Positions 1 to 8,100 are shown, numbered from the stretch's first letter. The stretch: DNA of 16,503 bases from Promethearchaeota archaeon (GCA_004524535.1 SDNY01000080.1:1-16503), one strand, 5' to 3'. Translations and numbers: made by a program. Notes: a model not told the origin generated them from the sequence alone.

Positions 1-93
1 TATATATTTAAATCAATCAGCAGCCAAGAGAATATATTTTTAAGAAAAAATTTAATATTCACTTGGCAGAATAAAGAAATCAAAGAAAAATGA
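1..93 (+). CDS. Possible 3' end of a gene entering from the left edge (YIFKSISSQENIFLRKNLIFTWQNKEIKEK*)
   Basis: Frame +1 is open for 30 codons from base 1 to TGA at 91-93. No recognisable motif. A minus-strand frame (TTG at 128 running off the edge) is also open, so the call is ambiguous. Confidence 0.25.
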   Translation, partial: YIFKSISSQENIFLRKNLIFTWQNKEIKEK

Positions 94-222
94 ATCTTGA
101 ATTTGTAATCGATTAATATTAATTTCAATTATACTTCTCATATTACTTCCTATTCAAGAATCATTTATCAATGAGAAGTTATATTACTCCTATCTAAAAA
201 ACTTTTCTATTAGATGTATTCT

Positions 223-684
223 TTATGTGTTTACTTTTAAATTTTTATTAGGGATTTTATCCATTTTAGTTTTTTTAGTCTCTTGCTTTTTAATTGGCGC
301 TGGAGATTTTTTCAATTTTACAGAATAAATCTTTTTTATTTCCATTAATCCATTGCATTTATCGCATTTATCTTTTTTATTAAATATAAAGTCCCCTGAC
401 TTATAATTTCTAACGAGCGTTAAATTGCATAGAGTACAAATTAATATCGTTAGTGTTTGTCTTAAAGGATCTTGTTTTTCTTTTTGCATTTGCATGAGAG
501 TCGTACCTAAGCATAAAAATAAAATACCTAAAAAGAAGTTAGACCATTGATCAGGACCAAATCCAAGATACATAAAGTAAGCGCCTAACATGACTAATAA
601 AACAACTAGAAGTGTTTTTAATGCGCTTTTAAATGTAAATCCTTTTTTTAAAATTTCTTCATCATCTTCTTCTTCATCAATCAT
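223..684 (-). CDS. Hypothetical 2-TM membrane protein with C-terminal zinc ribbon (CxxC-x20-CxxC)
   Basis: 153 aa. Acidic N-terminus (DEEEDDEE), two hydrophobic segments (LLVVLLVMLGAYFMYLGF; FFLGILFLCLGTTLM), CTLC...RNYKSGDFIF...CDKC, Lys-rich tail. TATA-like TTATAAAG about 29 nt upstream on the minus strand (713-720). Confidence 0.8.
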   Translation of the reverse strand: MIDEEEDDEEILKKGFTFKSALKTLLVVLLVMLGAYFMYLGFGPDQWSNFFLGILFLCLGTTLMQMQKEKQDPLRQTLTILICTLCNLTLVRNYKSGDFIFNKKDKCDKCNGLMEIKKIYSVKLKKSPAPIKKQETKKTKMDKIPNKNLKVNT

Positions 685-738
685 AAGCTTTTGTTCTTCT
701 TAGAAAAATGGTCTTTATAATAGAAAATAGAAAATATT

Positions 739-796
739 ATTTAAAATTCTGCATTAAAAATTATTATATAAATTAACTCATTTAAAATTCTGGATT
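739..796. promoter_or_regulatory. Divergent promoter region: TATA-like TTATATAAA (764-772) between two 17-bp direct repeats ATTTAAAATTCTGsATT (739-755, 780-796)
   Basis: Repeats read directly from the sequence (16/17 identical, 41-bp period). The TATA follows an A-run and lies about 36 nt before the ATG at 808. Confidence 0.5.
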
Positions 797-807
797 TTTA
801 GAGTAAA

Positions 808-1953
808 ATGTATAATATATTTCAACTTGGTCAGCAGCAGACAGATCCATTTTCTTTAATTCTTAACCTCCTATTCTTTTTATTAATTTTCGTTAGTATG
901 TTTTATGGTCAGCGAATTCAAGCTTGGAAAGCAGCAAAAGAAATTGAAACAGGATTAGAAAAGCTTAAGAAATGGGATGAAGATTGTAAACAAATATTAC
1001 TTACAAGTTTTAAGGAATATGCCAATAAAAATGAAACTGAGAAGGATCTTATGATTAAACTCGAAGACTTTATGACTTTTATCGCAATTATCCCAGTTAT
1101 GCTGGATCCTTATGGTATCATTCCAAAGATAGACCATGTAATAGATGTTAGGGATTATAGATTTAGAGAAGAAGTGGCAATGTTAGCTCCCAATGCTGAG
1201 GATGCTACACAGCAACGTTTAGAAAATCTATTAGAAGCAGCCATGGCAGTAAATTTCATTTATCGCTTAATAAAACATTACCTAATTCTTGGAAAGAAAT
1301 CAAAATCTATGATTTTACTTATGCAAATTGCTATGCAAATGTCATTAATATTGTCATTAGCAAAATCATTTTTTTTCGCATCAAAAGCTTTTGCTGAAGG
1401 AAGCCCAATTGGAGATGCTCTTGGGCCTATGGTTGTGGGGACCCTCGTAAGAGATCTATCTAATAATGAGGATATTGAGGCTCAAGATATTGCTAAAGAT
1501 ACAATTGTTCAAGAAATAAGTTTTGAAGAAAGAACTATATATGTAGTTCGAGCGAAGGGTCCAGGTGGAACTGTAGGAAAACCAGGAAAAGCTATTAAAA
1601 TGCTGATTGAAAAGCATGGAGATTCTATCTCTCGAATAATTATGATCGACGCAGGATTAAAGCTTACTGGAGAAAAGACAGGATCACTGGCAGTTGGAGT
1701 TGGAGCCGCTATTGGAGGGATTGGAGTTGAAAAATACTTTATAGAAGATTCCACAACTAAAAAATCTATTCCTATTGATGCTCTAATTTGTAAGCAATCT
1801 TTAGAAGATGCGATAACAACAATGAAAAAATCAATAACGCAATCTGTGCCCCATATAGTGGAAAAAATTAAAATGGCTATTAGGAAAAGAACAGAAAGAG
1901 GTACAAAAGTTATTGTTGCTGGGATCGGTAATACTATCGGGGTAGGTATTTAG
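808..1953 (+). CDS. DUF1512 family archaeal membrane protein; putative GPR/YyaC/HybD-like peptidase domain
   Basis: 381 aa. N-terminal TM; motifs LDPYGII, PIGDALGP, AKGPGGTVGKPG, IIMIDAGLKLTGEKTG, GVGAAIGGIGVEK and C-terminal VIVAGIGNTIGVG, as recalled for DUF1512. Confidence 0.85.
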   Translation: MYNIFQLGQQQTDPFSLILNLLFFLLIFVSMFYGQRIQAWKAAKEIETGLEKLKKWDEDCKQILLTSFKEYANKNETEKDLMIKLEDFMTFIAIIPVMLDPYGIIPKIDHVIDVRDYRFREEVAMLAPNAEDATQQRLENLLEAAMAVNFIYRLIKHYLILGKKSKSMILLMQIAMQMSLILSLAKSFFFASKAFAEGSPIGDALGPMVVGTLVRDLSNNEDIEAQDIAKDTIVQEISFEERTIYVVRAKGPGGTVGKPGKAIKMLIEKHGDSISRIIMIDAGLKLTGEKTGSLAVGVGAAIGGIGVEKYFIEDSTTKKSIPIDALICKQSLEDAITTMKKSITQSVPHIVEKIKMAIRKRTERGTKVIVAGIGNTIGVGI

Positions 1954-2091
1954 TAGTATTTTGTTAATCTCTTTAAAAATACGACACAAAATTTCTTGAT
2001 AAAATTCTTTATTTAGAATTCTTTTTTATACAAATTATTAAATAATTTTAATTAGATTAATTAGAACAAAAATAACTAAAGAGTGATAATC

Positions 2092-2547
2092 ATGCCAAAA
2101 TTCGGAACGCAAGAATGGGCTGAAGCTTTTATGAAAGCTGTAAATGACAATCCAAACTATAAAGAAGCCGCAAGTTGGTGGGAAGGAGATTTTGTTTTTG
2201 TTATCAAACCAAGCGGTAATTTGGATAAAGAATTGAAGATGTTTATTGGACTTTTAAAAGGAGATTGTACTGGTGTAAAAGCATTAGCAGAAGGGGAAGA
2301 ATATGATATTTTACCTCCTAATTCTCCACCTCGTCCATTAGGCGAAGGTAAAATTGGTGCTGAATTTGAGTTTTCTGGAGCTTATGATAATTGGGTAAAG
2401 GTCTTGAAAAAGGAACTTGACCCAATTCAAGGCTTAATGGCAGGTAAGTTCAAGCTTATTGGAAACATGGCTAAAGTAATGCGAGCAACCAAAGCTGCCC
2501 AAGAATTAGTCAATTCAACGACCATGGTTGAAACTGAATATTATTAA
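2092..2547 (+). CDS. SCP2 sterol/lipid-carrier domain protein
   Basis: FGTQEW...N.NPNY..AA.WWEGDF and FSGAYDNW..VLKKELDPIQGLMAGKFKLIGNMAKVMR match stand-alone prokaryotic SCP2 proteins. The ORF track starts at GTG 2083, but GAGTGA (2081-2086) looks like an SD for ATG 2092. Confidence 0.85.
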   Translation: MPKFGTQEWAEAFMKAVNDNPNYKEAASWWEGDFVFVIKPSGNLDKELKMFIGLLKGDCTGVKALAEGEEYDILPPNSPPRPLGEGKIGAEFEFSGAYDNWVKVLKKELDPIQGLMAGKFKLIGNMAKVMRATKAAQELVNSTTMVETEYY

Positions 2548-2548
2548 G

Positions 2549-2634
2549 TTTTTAATTTTCTTTATTTTTTTATTTTGTTTGATCCAAAGCTAGATTTTAA
2601 ATAAATAAAATAGTTAAAAAAAATGAAAAAAAAA
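2549..2634. terminator. Bidirectional oligo-T terminator region between convergent SCP2 and acyl-CoA synthetase genes
   Basis: T-tracts on + directly after the SCP2 stop (about 2549-2580) and A-tracts (T on minus) directly after the acyl-CoA synthetase stop (about 2599-2634). Confidence 0.6.
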
Positions 2635-4296
2635 TTACTCCTTTTTGAGATCTCTCAATTCACGATGTAACACTTTTCCTACAATTGTTTTAGGAATTTC
2701 ATCTATGAATTCTACAAATCTCGGATACTTATCAAATGCCATGTTTTCTCTTGACCAATCGACGATATCTTGTTCAGTCATCTTTCCTTGAAATTCTTCT
2801 TTAAGAACAACATAAGCTTTAATGTTCTCCTTACCCTCGTCATCAATTATTCCAATAACCCCACATTCTTCAATGGCTTCATTTTCATACAGAAGTTCTT
2901 CTACCTCTGTTGGATAGACTGAATGTCCCTTGTATTTTATGAGATTCTTAAGTCTATCTTTTATAGTAATGTATCCATCATCGTCCATAACTCCAAGGTC
3001 TCCTGTATATAACCAGACTTTTCCATCATCAAGCTTTTTAATAGTATTGGCAGTTTCTTCTTCTCGTTTGAAATAACCTTTCATCATTTGGGGGCCCCTA
3101 CATATAATTTCCCCAACTTCTCCAATAGGAAGAGTTTTTCCATCTGGGTCTACAATCTTTACTTCAGTATTAGGAATAGGCATGCCGATAGTACCAGGTT
3201 TATTTAGTCCGTCAAATGGGTTTGCAGTAACTACTGGCGACATTTCAGTTAAACCATAAGCTTCACGCAATTTTGCCCCCGTTAAGGATTCAAATTTCAC
3301 CCTAATTTCATTTGGTAATGGACCTGCACTGCTAAAACAATACTTAATGCTAGAAAGATCATGTTTCTCAATCCCTTCATAATTGTTAATGTTATTATAA
3401 ATTGCTGCGACACCTGGAAATAAGGTTGCCTTAGTGGCTTCTATGACCTCAATGATCTCATGTGGTTCTCGCGGATTAAAGACACAAGCTAGCTTTCCTC
3501 CCATATGAACTCCAATATTCATCATGAATGCCATATATATATGATAAAAAGGTAATGCAGCAAGCGTGACTTCCTTGCCAAGCTCTTTTTCCACAAACCA
3601 AGCTTCTGCTTGTAAGACACAAGATGCAATGCTTCCATGAGTTAACATCGCTCCCTTAGGATAGCCCGTAGTTCCGCCAGTATATTGTAACATTGCGAGA
3701 TCGTCTGGATTTATTTCGACTTGAGGCGGATTTGGGGCAATATCTCTAATTATATCTTCCCATGTGGGGGCCCCTCCAGAAGGATATTGAGGTGGAGCCA
3801 TTGGTTCCGGGGAAAGATAAGGAGCTAAATTGCTATAAAATTTATGATTTACTCCAGTTTCCCCAATAATAGGATCAACGATCTGTGAGAAGCCTTCCCA
3901 TCCAATATAGACTTTTGCTTCGCTATCATTCAATTGTCGCTTTATTTCTAAAGATTTAAAAAGTGGTGATATGCTTGTTATCACAGCTCCAATTTTTAAT
4001 ACTCCATAATAAGCTGTAATAAAAGCTGGATTATTTGTAAAATGAATTGCTACAGTATCTCCCTTTTTTATGCCAAGCTCCGTGAGTTTAGTTGCTATTC
4101 GATATACGATGTCTAATGTTTGTTTGTATGTTAATTCAAATCCCATGAAATAGGTCAACACGTTATCTCCATAAGTTTTCACAGAGTCTTCAAGGTAATC
4201 CACTAAGTTTTTATCTTCATACTCTATTTCCTTGGGAACTTTATCAGGCCAGTGTTCGTAATACAGTCTTTCATTTGACATTTTTTTTTCTGACAT
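2635..4296 (-). CDS. fadD: Long-chain fatty acid--CoA ligase (AMP-forming acyl-CoA synthetase, FadD/LcfA-like)
   Basis: 553 aa. AMP-binding loop LQYTGGTTGYPKG, ALPFYH, EAYGLTE, YTGDLG, catalytic Lys motif PKTIVGKVLHRELR. Confidence 0.9.
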   Translation of the reverse strand: MSEKKMSNERLYYEHWPDKVPKEIEYEDKNLVDYLEDSVKTYGDNVLTYFMGFELTYKQTLDIVYRIATKLTELGIKKGDTVAIHFTNNPAFITAYYGVLKIGAVITSISPLFKSLEIKRQLNDSEAKVYIGWEGFSQIVDPIIGETGVNHKFYSNLAPYLSPEPMAPPQYPSGGAPTWEDIIRDIAPNPPQVEINPDDLAMLQYTGGTTGYPKGAMLTHGSIASCVLQAEAWFVEKELGKEVTLAALPFYHIYMAFMMNIGVHMGGKLACVFNPREPHEIIEVIEATKATLFPGVAAIYNNINNYEGIEKHDLSSIKYCFSSAGPLPNEIRVKFESLTGAKLREAYGLTEMSPVVTANPFDGLNKPGTIGMPIPNTEVKIVDPDGKTLPIGEVGEIICRGPQMMKGYFKREEETANTIKKLDDGKVWLYTGDLGVMDDDGYITIKDRLKNLIKYKGHSVYPTEVEELLYENEAIEECGVIGIIDDEGKENIKAYVVLKEEFQGKMTEQDIVDWSRENMAFDKYPRFVEFIDEIPKTIVGKVLHRELRDLKKE

Positions 4297-4319
4297 AATG
4301 TTATTTCTAGAATGACCCT

Positions 4320-4334
4320 TTTATAAATTTTTCA
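4320..4334 (-). promoter_or_regulatory. BRE + TATA promoter of the acyl-CoA synthetase gene (probably leaderless mRNA)
   Basis: The minus strand reads GAAAAA-TTTATAAA. The TATA box (4327 to 4320) ends about 24 nt before the ATG at 4296, the spacing expected if transcription starts at or near the ATG. Confidence 0.7.
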
Positions 4335-4419
4335 TTCCCTTAAAATCTAAAAAAGAAAAAGTAAAAATAAAGAAATTTTAAGATAAAAATTTTAAAAAAT
4401 ATAGTGTATTTTAATGGAA

Positions 4420-4839
4420 TTAAACTGGAGCTTCCTTATCAATAACCAATAGTTTAGCAAATTTTAGTAATTTCCCTAAATTCCTTCCCGTAGTGCCCTT
4501 TTGAATTTTTAATTTTCTTTCTCCGAATCTATTCTTATTAGTTACCATATGAATAGTTGAATTCTCACCATTACAGAAAAACATCAAATCTTCTGGAGCC
4601 GCGAGTAACTGAAAGTCATAGTCATCCAATTTGCCTCGGTTCAGTTTGAAATTTCCTCCTTCTGCTTTAAGATTTAACCAAAAGAAATAATCTTCTTCAA
4701 TATGTAAGCCTAAATTTACTCCTGCTACTAATTTGTCTAGCTTTTTTTTACTTTTTGGGACCATTTTCTTTTCATTTACAATACTCTCAATGACAGCCTT
4801 AAATGTATCAAATAAGTTTTGTTTTTCAGACTCTTCCAT
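4420..4839 (-). CDS. Divergent SCP2-like (lipid-binding fold) protein
   Basis: 139 aa. The pattern GKLDDYDFQLLAAPEDLMFFCNGENS...KLKIQKG...NLGKLLKFAKLL resembles the C-terminal half of SCP2 domains. It lies next to fadD and a second SCP2 gene. Confidence 0.6.
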   Translation of the reverse strand: MEESEKQNLFDTFKAVIESIVNEKKMVPKSKKKLDKLVAGVNLGLHIEEDYFFWLNLKAEGGNFKLNRGKLDDYDFQLLAAPEDLMFFCNGENSTIHMVTNKNRFGERKLKIQKGTTGRNLGKLLKFAKLLVIDKEAPV

Positions 4840-5007
4840 TTTGCATCATCAAATTATTTTTAATACAATTTAATTATAAAACCATTTAAAAGGTAAATTA
4901 TTAAATTTTTATGGTAAAATACTAATAAAAAATTAAGATTAAATTAACTTAAAGTTATTCAATAAATCATAAAAACAAAATTAAAAAAGAAATATAGGTG
5001 TAAATAA

Positions 5008-6207
5008 ATGTGGTATTTTTATTCACCCGGAATTATTTACGGCGAAGATGCTTTAGATTTCCTTGAGAATATTCTTGGAGAAAAATGCTTTATAATAACT
5101 GATAAAGTATTAGAAGAATTGGGGCATTTAAAGATATTAACAGATAAGCTTGATCAATTTGGGAAGAAATACACTGTAAATACAGATGTCAAACCTGATC
5201 CACATGAACCAGATGTTTTAGTAGCGAGAGAACAATGTCTTAAATATGAGCCAGATTTAATAATTGCTTTAGGTGGAGGGTCTGTAATAGATACCGCTAA
5301 AGTAGTTTGGGCTTTATATGAATTCCCTGATATAGTTGCTGATGATCTTTACCCATTTAACCCATTGTTATATCAAATGGGCAAAAAAGCTAAATTGGTT
5401 GCCATTCCTACTACTTCTGGAACAGGTTCTGAATGTACAAATGTAAGTGTGGTTTCCAGATTAATTAATGATATCTGGAAGAAGCATTTTTTCTTACATA
5501 AATCAATGATGCCTAATTTTGCCATTGTAGATCCTATTTTTCCTAAAGGAATGCCTAAGAATTTAACCATGGATACTGCCTTTGATGCTCTTTCTCATTG
5601 CATGGAGGGAATGACATCTCAGTGGAAAAATGAATTTAGCAATGCAATGGGATTAAAAGCTATTGAATTGATTTTCAAATATCTTCCCGAAGCTGTCAAG
5701 GATGGTAGTAATATGGAAGCTAGAGATTTTATGCACCAAGCAGCCACAATGGCAGGCTTAGCTTTTGGTAATTCGCAAGCACAATTGGCCCATACGATTG
5801 GACATTCTTGGGGTTCTGTTTTTCACGTTCCACATGGGCGAGCTTGTGGAGGTGCATTACCATATGTATTGCAATATTGTTTAAATAATCCAGATGAAGC
5901 AGATAAAACTAAAGAAATTTTAGCTAAAATGGCTAAACAATTAGGATGGACAACATGGGATGAGGAAGAAAAAGCTGCTGCCCTCAAGGTTGTTTCTAAA
6001 ATAAAGGAACTTCAAGATATGATTGGTTTCCCTAAAACTCTAAAAGAGTGTGGTCAAACTCAAGAAGAATTAGATAAATACATTGATGAATTAGTAAAAA
6101 TGTGCTTTGAGGATTCTAGTAGTGTATTAGGTCCACGCTCGGCAACTGGGGATGATTTTAGAAAGCTCTACTTATATGCATATGAAGGAAAGGATGTAGA
6201 TTTTTAA
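5008..6207 (+). CDS. Iron-containing alcohol dehydrogenase (group III)
   Basis: 399 aa. NAD(P)-binding GGGSVID, PTTSGTGSE, metal ligands in DALSH, HTIGH and VPHG. SD-like AGGTG at 4996-5000. Confidence 0.92.
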   Translation: MWYFYSPGIIYGEDALDFLENILGEKCFIITDKVLEELGHLKILTDKLDQFGKKYTVNTDVKPDPHEPDVLVAREQCLKYEPDLIIALGGGSVIDTAKVVWALYEFPDIVADDLYPFNPLLYQMGKKAKLVAIPTTSGTGSECTNVSVVSRLINDIWKKHFFLHKSMMPNFAIVDPIFPKGMPKNLTMDTAFDALSHCMEGMTSQWKNEFSNAMGLKAIELIFKYLPEAVKDGSNMEARDFMHQAATMAGLAFGNSQAQLAHTIGHSWGSVFHVPHGRACGGALPYVLQYCLNNPDEADKTKEILAKMAKQLGWTTWDEEEKAAALKVVSKIKELQDMIGFPKTLKECGQTQEELDKYIDELVKMCFEDSSSVLGPRSATGDDFRKLYLYAYEGKDVDF

Positions 6208-6225
6208 TTCTTAAAGGTGAAATTA

Positions 6226-8067
6226 TTGATAAAAGGATTTATTGGTAAATTATTAAAGGTTGATCTCAGCTCTAAAGAGATTATGGATGAATCTTTAGAT
6301 GAAAATATTGCAAAGAACTTTCTAGGAGCTGCGGGTTATAGCTGTCGATATCTTTATGATAAAATAGATAAAGATACGGATCCATTATCACCAGATAACA
6401 TTTTGATGTTCATGACTGGACCGTTATGTGGGTCTACCATTCCTACTAGCGGAAGATTCACTGTATGTTCAAAATCTCCTTATACAGGGATTTGGGGGGA
6501 GTCAAATTGTGGGGGTTTTTTTGGACCAGAATTAAAGAAGGCAGGATATGATGGCGTCATAATATCTGGGGCTTCAAATTCGCCAGTATTATTGGAAATT
6601 ACTGAGAGTGGAGCAGAAATAAAGGATGCATCAAATCTATGGGGTAAGGGTACTTTTGAAACATCTGAAACTCTAAAAGAACAATTAGGAAATTTAGCAA
6701 GAATTGCATGTATAGGTCCTGCCGGAGAGAATCTGGTAAAATATGCAACGATTTTCTCCGAAGATAAAGCAGCTGGAAGAACAGGTATGGGAGCTATAAT
6801 GGGGTCAAAGAAACTTAAAGCTATTGCTATTAAAGGAGCAAAACGGACTTATGAGGCTGCAAAACCCGAAGAATTCAAGGAAATCTCAAAGGAAACAAAT
6901 GATTTTGTTAAAAATGCTTTTCTTTCAATGATGATGTCAAATTTAGGAACTTCAGGAGGCTTAGATATGTATAATGTACAAGGAGAACTTCCTATTAAAT
7001 ATTGGACTCAAGCCCAGTGGGATGAATCGTATAATATATCTGGCGCTACAGCATCAGAAAAGATATTTACCAGAAGTTTTCCATGTTTTGCCTGTCCCAT
7101 CGGATGTGCTAAAAAAGCGGAAGTAAAAGAAGGAGAGTATAAAACTGATGGAGAAGTAGAAGCTCCAGAATATGAGACTGTTGCAGGTTTTGGCTCTCTG
7201 ATTTTAAATTCCAATTTAGAATCCATTGTACATGCTAATACACTATGTAATAACTTGGGAATTGATACAATAAGTGGCAGCAGTACGATTGCTTTAATAT
7301 ATTATCTTTTCGACCAAGGTAAACTGAAATCTGAAGATATCGATGGGCTCGAACCTAAATGGGGCGATCCTAAACCAATGATTGAAATGATTAAAAAAAT
7401 TAGTAAAAGAGAAGGTATTGGAGATTTATTGGCAGAAGGATCAGATGCAGTTGGCAAGAAATTCAATATCTCTCAAGATCAAATCGCAACGGTATATGGA
7501 ATGGAAGTGCCTTATCATGATTTGCGGAATTGCTTCGGGATGGCCGTAACCTATGCTCTTGGCAGTCCGAGAGGTCCCTGTCATAATTCAAGTGATATGT
7601 ATAATATTTTACTAGGGATTCCCATCCAAGATTTAGGCATGGTAATGCTTGATAAATATGATGATTCTGAAGAAATGGGAAAAATGGGCGCTATTGGACA
7701 AAATTATCGAGCCCTCTCAAATTCCTTAATAATTTGTGTTTTTGCTAATCCAGAACCAGTTATTTTAGCAAAAATTATTAACACTGCCCTTGGTATTGAT
7801 TGTGACATTGAGACATTAAAGATCCTTGGTGAAAGAATATACATGATGAAACGATTATTCAATCTTAAAATGGGAATCACTCCTGAAGACGATAGACTAC
7901 CCCAGATCTTACTAATTCCCAAAGATGTTGGAGATTCTGCTGGTAAGGTTCCAAATTTTCAAACAATAAAGGATGGTTATTACAAATATAGAACATTTGA
8001 TACGAGTAGTGGTTATCCAAGTAATCAAAAACTTAAGGATTTGGGTTTAGACTCCATATCAAATTAA
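6226..8067 (+). CDS. aor: Tungsten-containing aldehyde:ferredoxin oxidoreductase family protein
   Basis: KSPYTG, GRTGMGAIMGSKKLKAI, 4Fe-4S motif CFACPIGC plus distal Cys (LIICVF), EYET, LGIDTIS, RGPCH, DDRLP. The ORF track starts at GTG 6217; AGGTGA (6215-6220) is more likely the SD for TTG 6226. Close spacing to the ADH stop suggests an operon. Confidence 0.92.
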   Translation: MIKGFIGKLLKVDLSSKEIMDESLDENIAKNFLGAAGYSCRYLYDKIDKDTDPLSPDNILMFMTGPLCGSTIPTSGRFTVCSKSPYTGIWGESNCGGFFGPELKKAGYDGVIISGASNSPVLLEITESGAEIKDASNLWGKGTFETSETLKEQLGNLARIACIGPAGENLVKYATIFSEDKAAGRTGMGAIMGSKKLKAIAIKGAKRTYEAAKPEEFKEISKETNDFVKNAFLSMMMSNLGTSGGLDMYNVQGELPIKYWTQAQWDESYNISGATASEKIFTRSFPCFACPIGCAKKAEVKEGEYKTDGEVEAPEYETVAGFGSLILNSNLESIVHANTLCNNLGIDTISGSSTIALIYYLFDQGKLKSEDIDGLEPKWGDPKPMIEMIKKISKREGIGDLLAEGSDAVGKKFNISQDQIATVYGMEVPYHDLRNCFGMAVTYALGSPRGPCHNSSDMYNILLGIPIQDLGMVMLDKYDDSEEMGKMGAIGQNYRALSNSLIICVFANPEPVILAKIINTALGIDCDIETLKILGERIYMMKRLFNLKMGITPEDDRLPQILLIPKDVGDSAGKVPNFQTIKDGYYKYRTFDTSSGYPSNQKLKDLGLDSISN

Positions 8068-8100
8068 TTTTTTTTTCAATTTTTTACATACTTTTTATTT
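8068..8100 (+). terminator. Oligo-T terminator after the adh-aor operon
   Basis: Long T-runs directly after the aor stop codon. Confidence 0.55.

Noticed and set aside
91-108. TGA at 91-93 (and the TGA at 9668-9670) as possible selenocysteine readthrough
   Set aside because: Readthrough adds only a few residues before TAA, there is no redox motif context, and no convincing SECIS lies downstream.
1509-1754. 81-aa minus-strand ORF
   Set aside because: Antisense shadow inside the conserved DUF1512 domain, with no motif of its own.
3762-3826. Proline-rich stretch in FadD (PYLSPEPMAPPQYPSGGAP)
   Set aside because: It falls in a region that is normally variable in long-chain acyl-CoA ligases, and nothing supports a separate function.
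4281-4289. 9-nt homopolymer at the start of fadD as a phase-variation tract
   Set aside because: A/T runs of this length are common in this window, and an in-frame ATG directly after the run would rescue a slip.
5373-7922. Minus-strand ORFs 5373-5570, 7008-7226 and 7704-7922
   Set aside because: Short antisense frames inside well-supported adh and aor genes.
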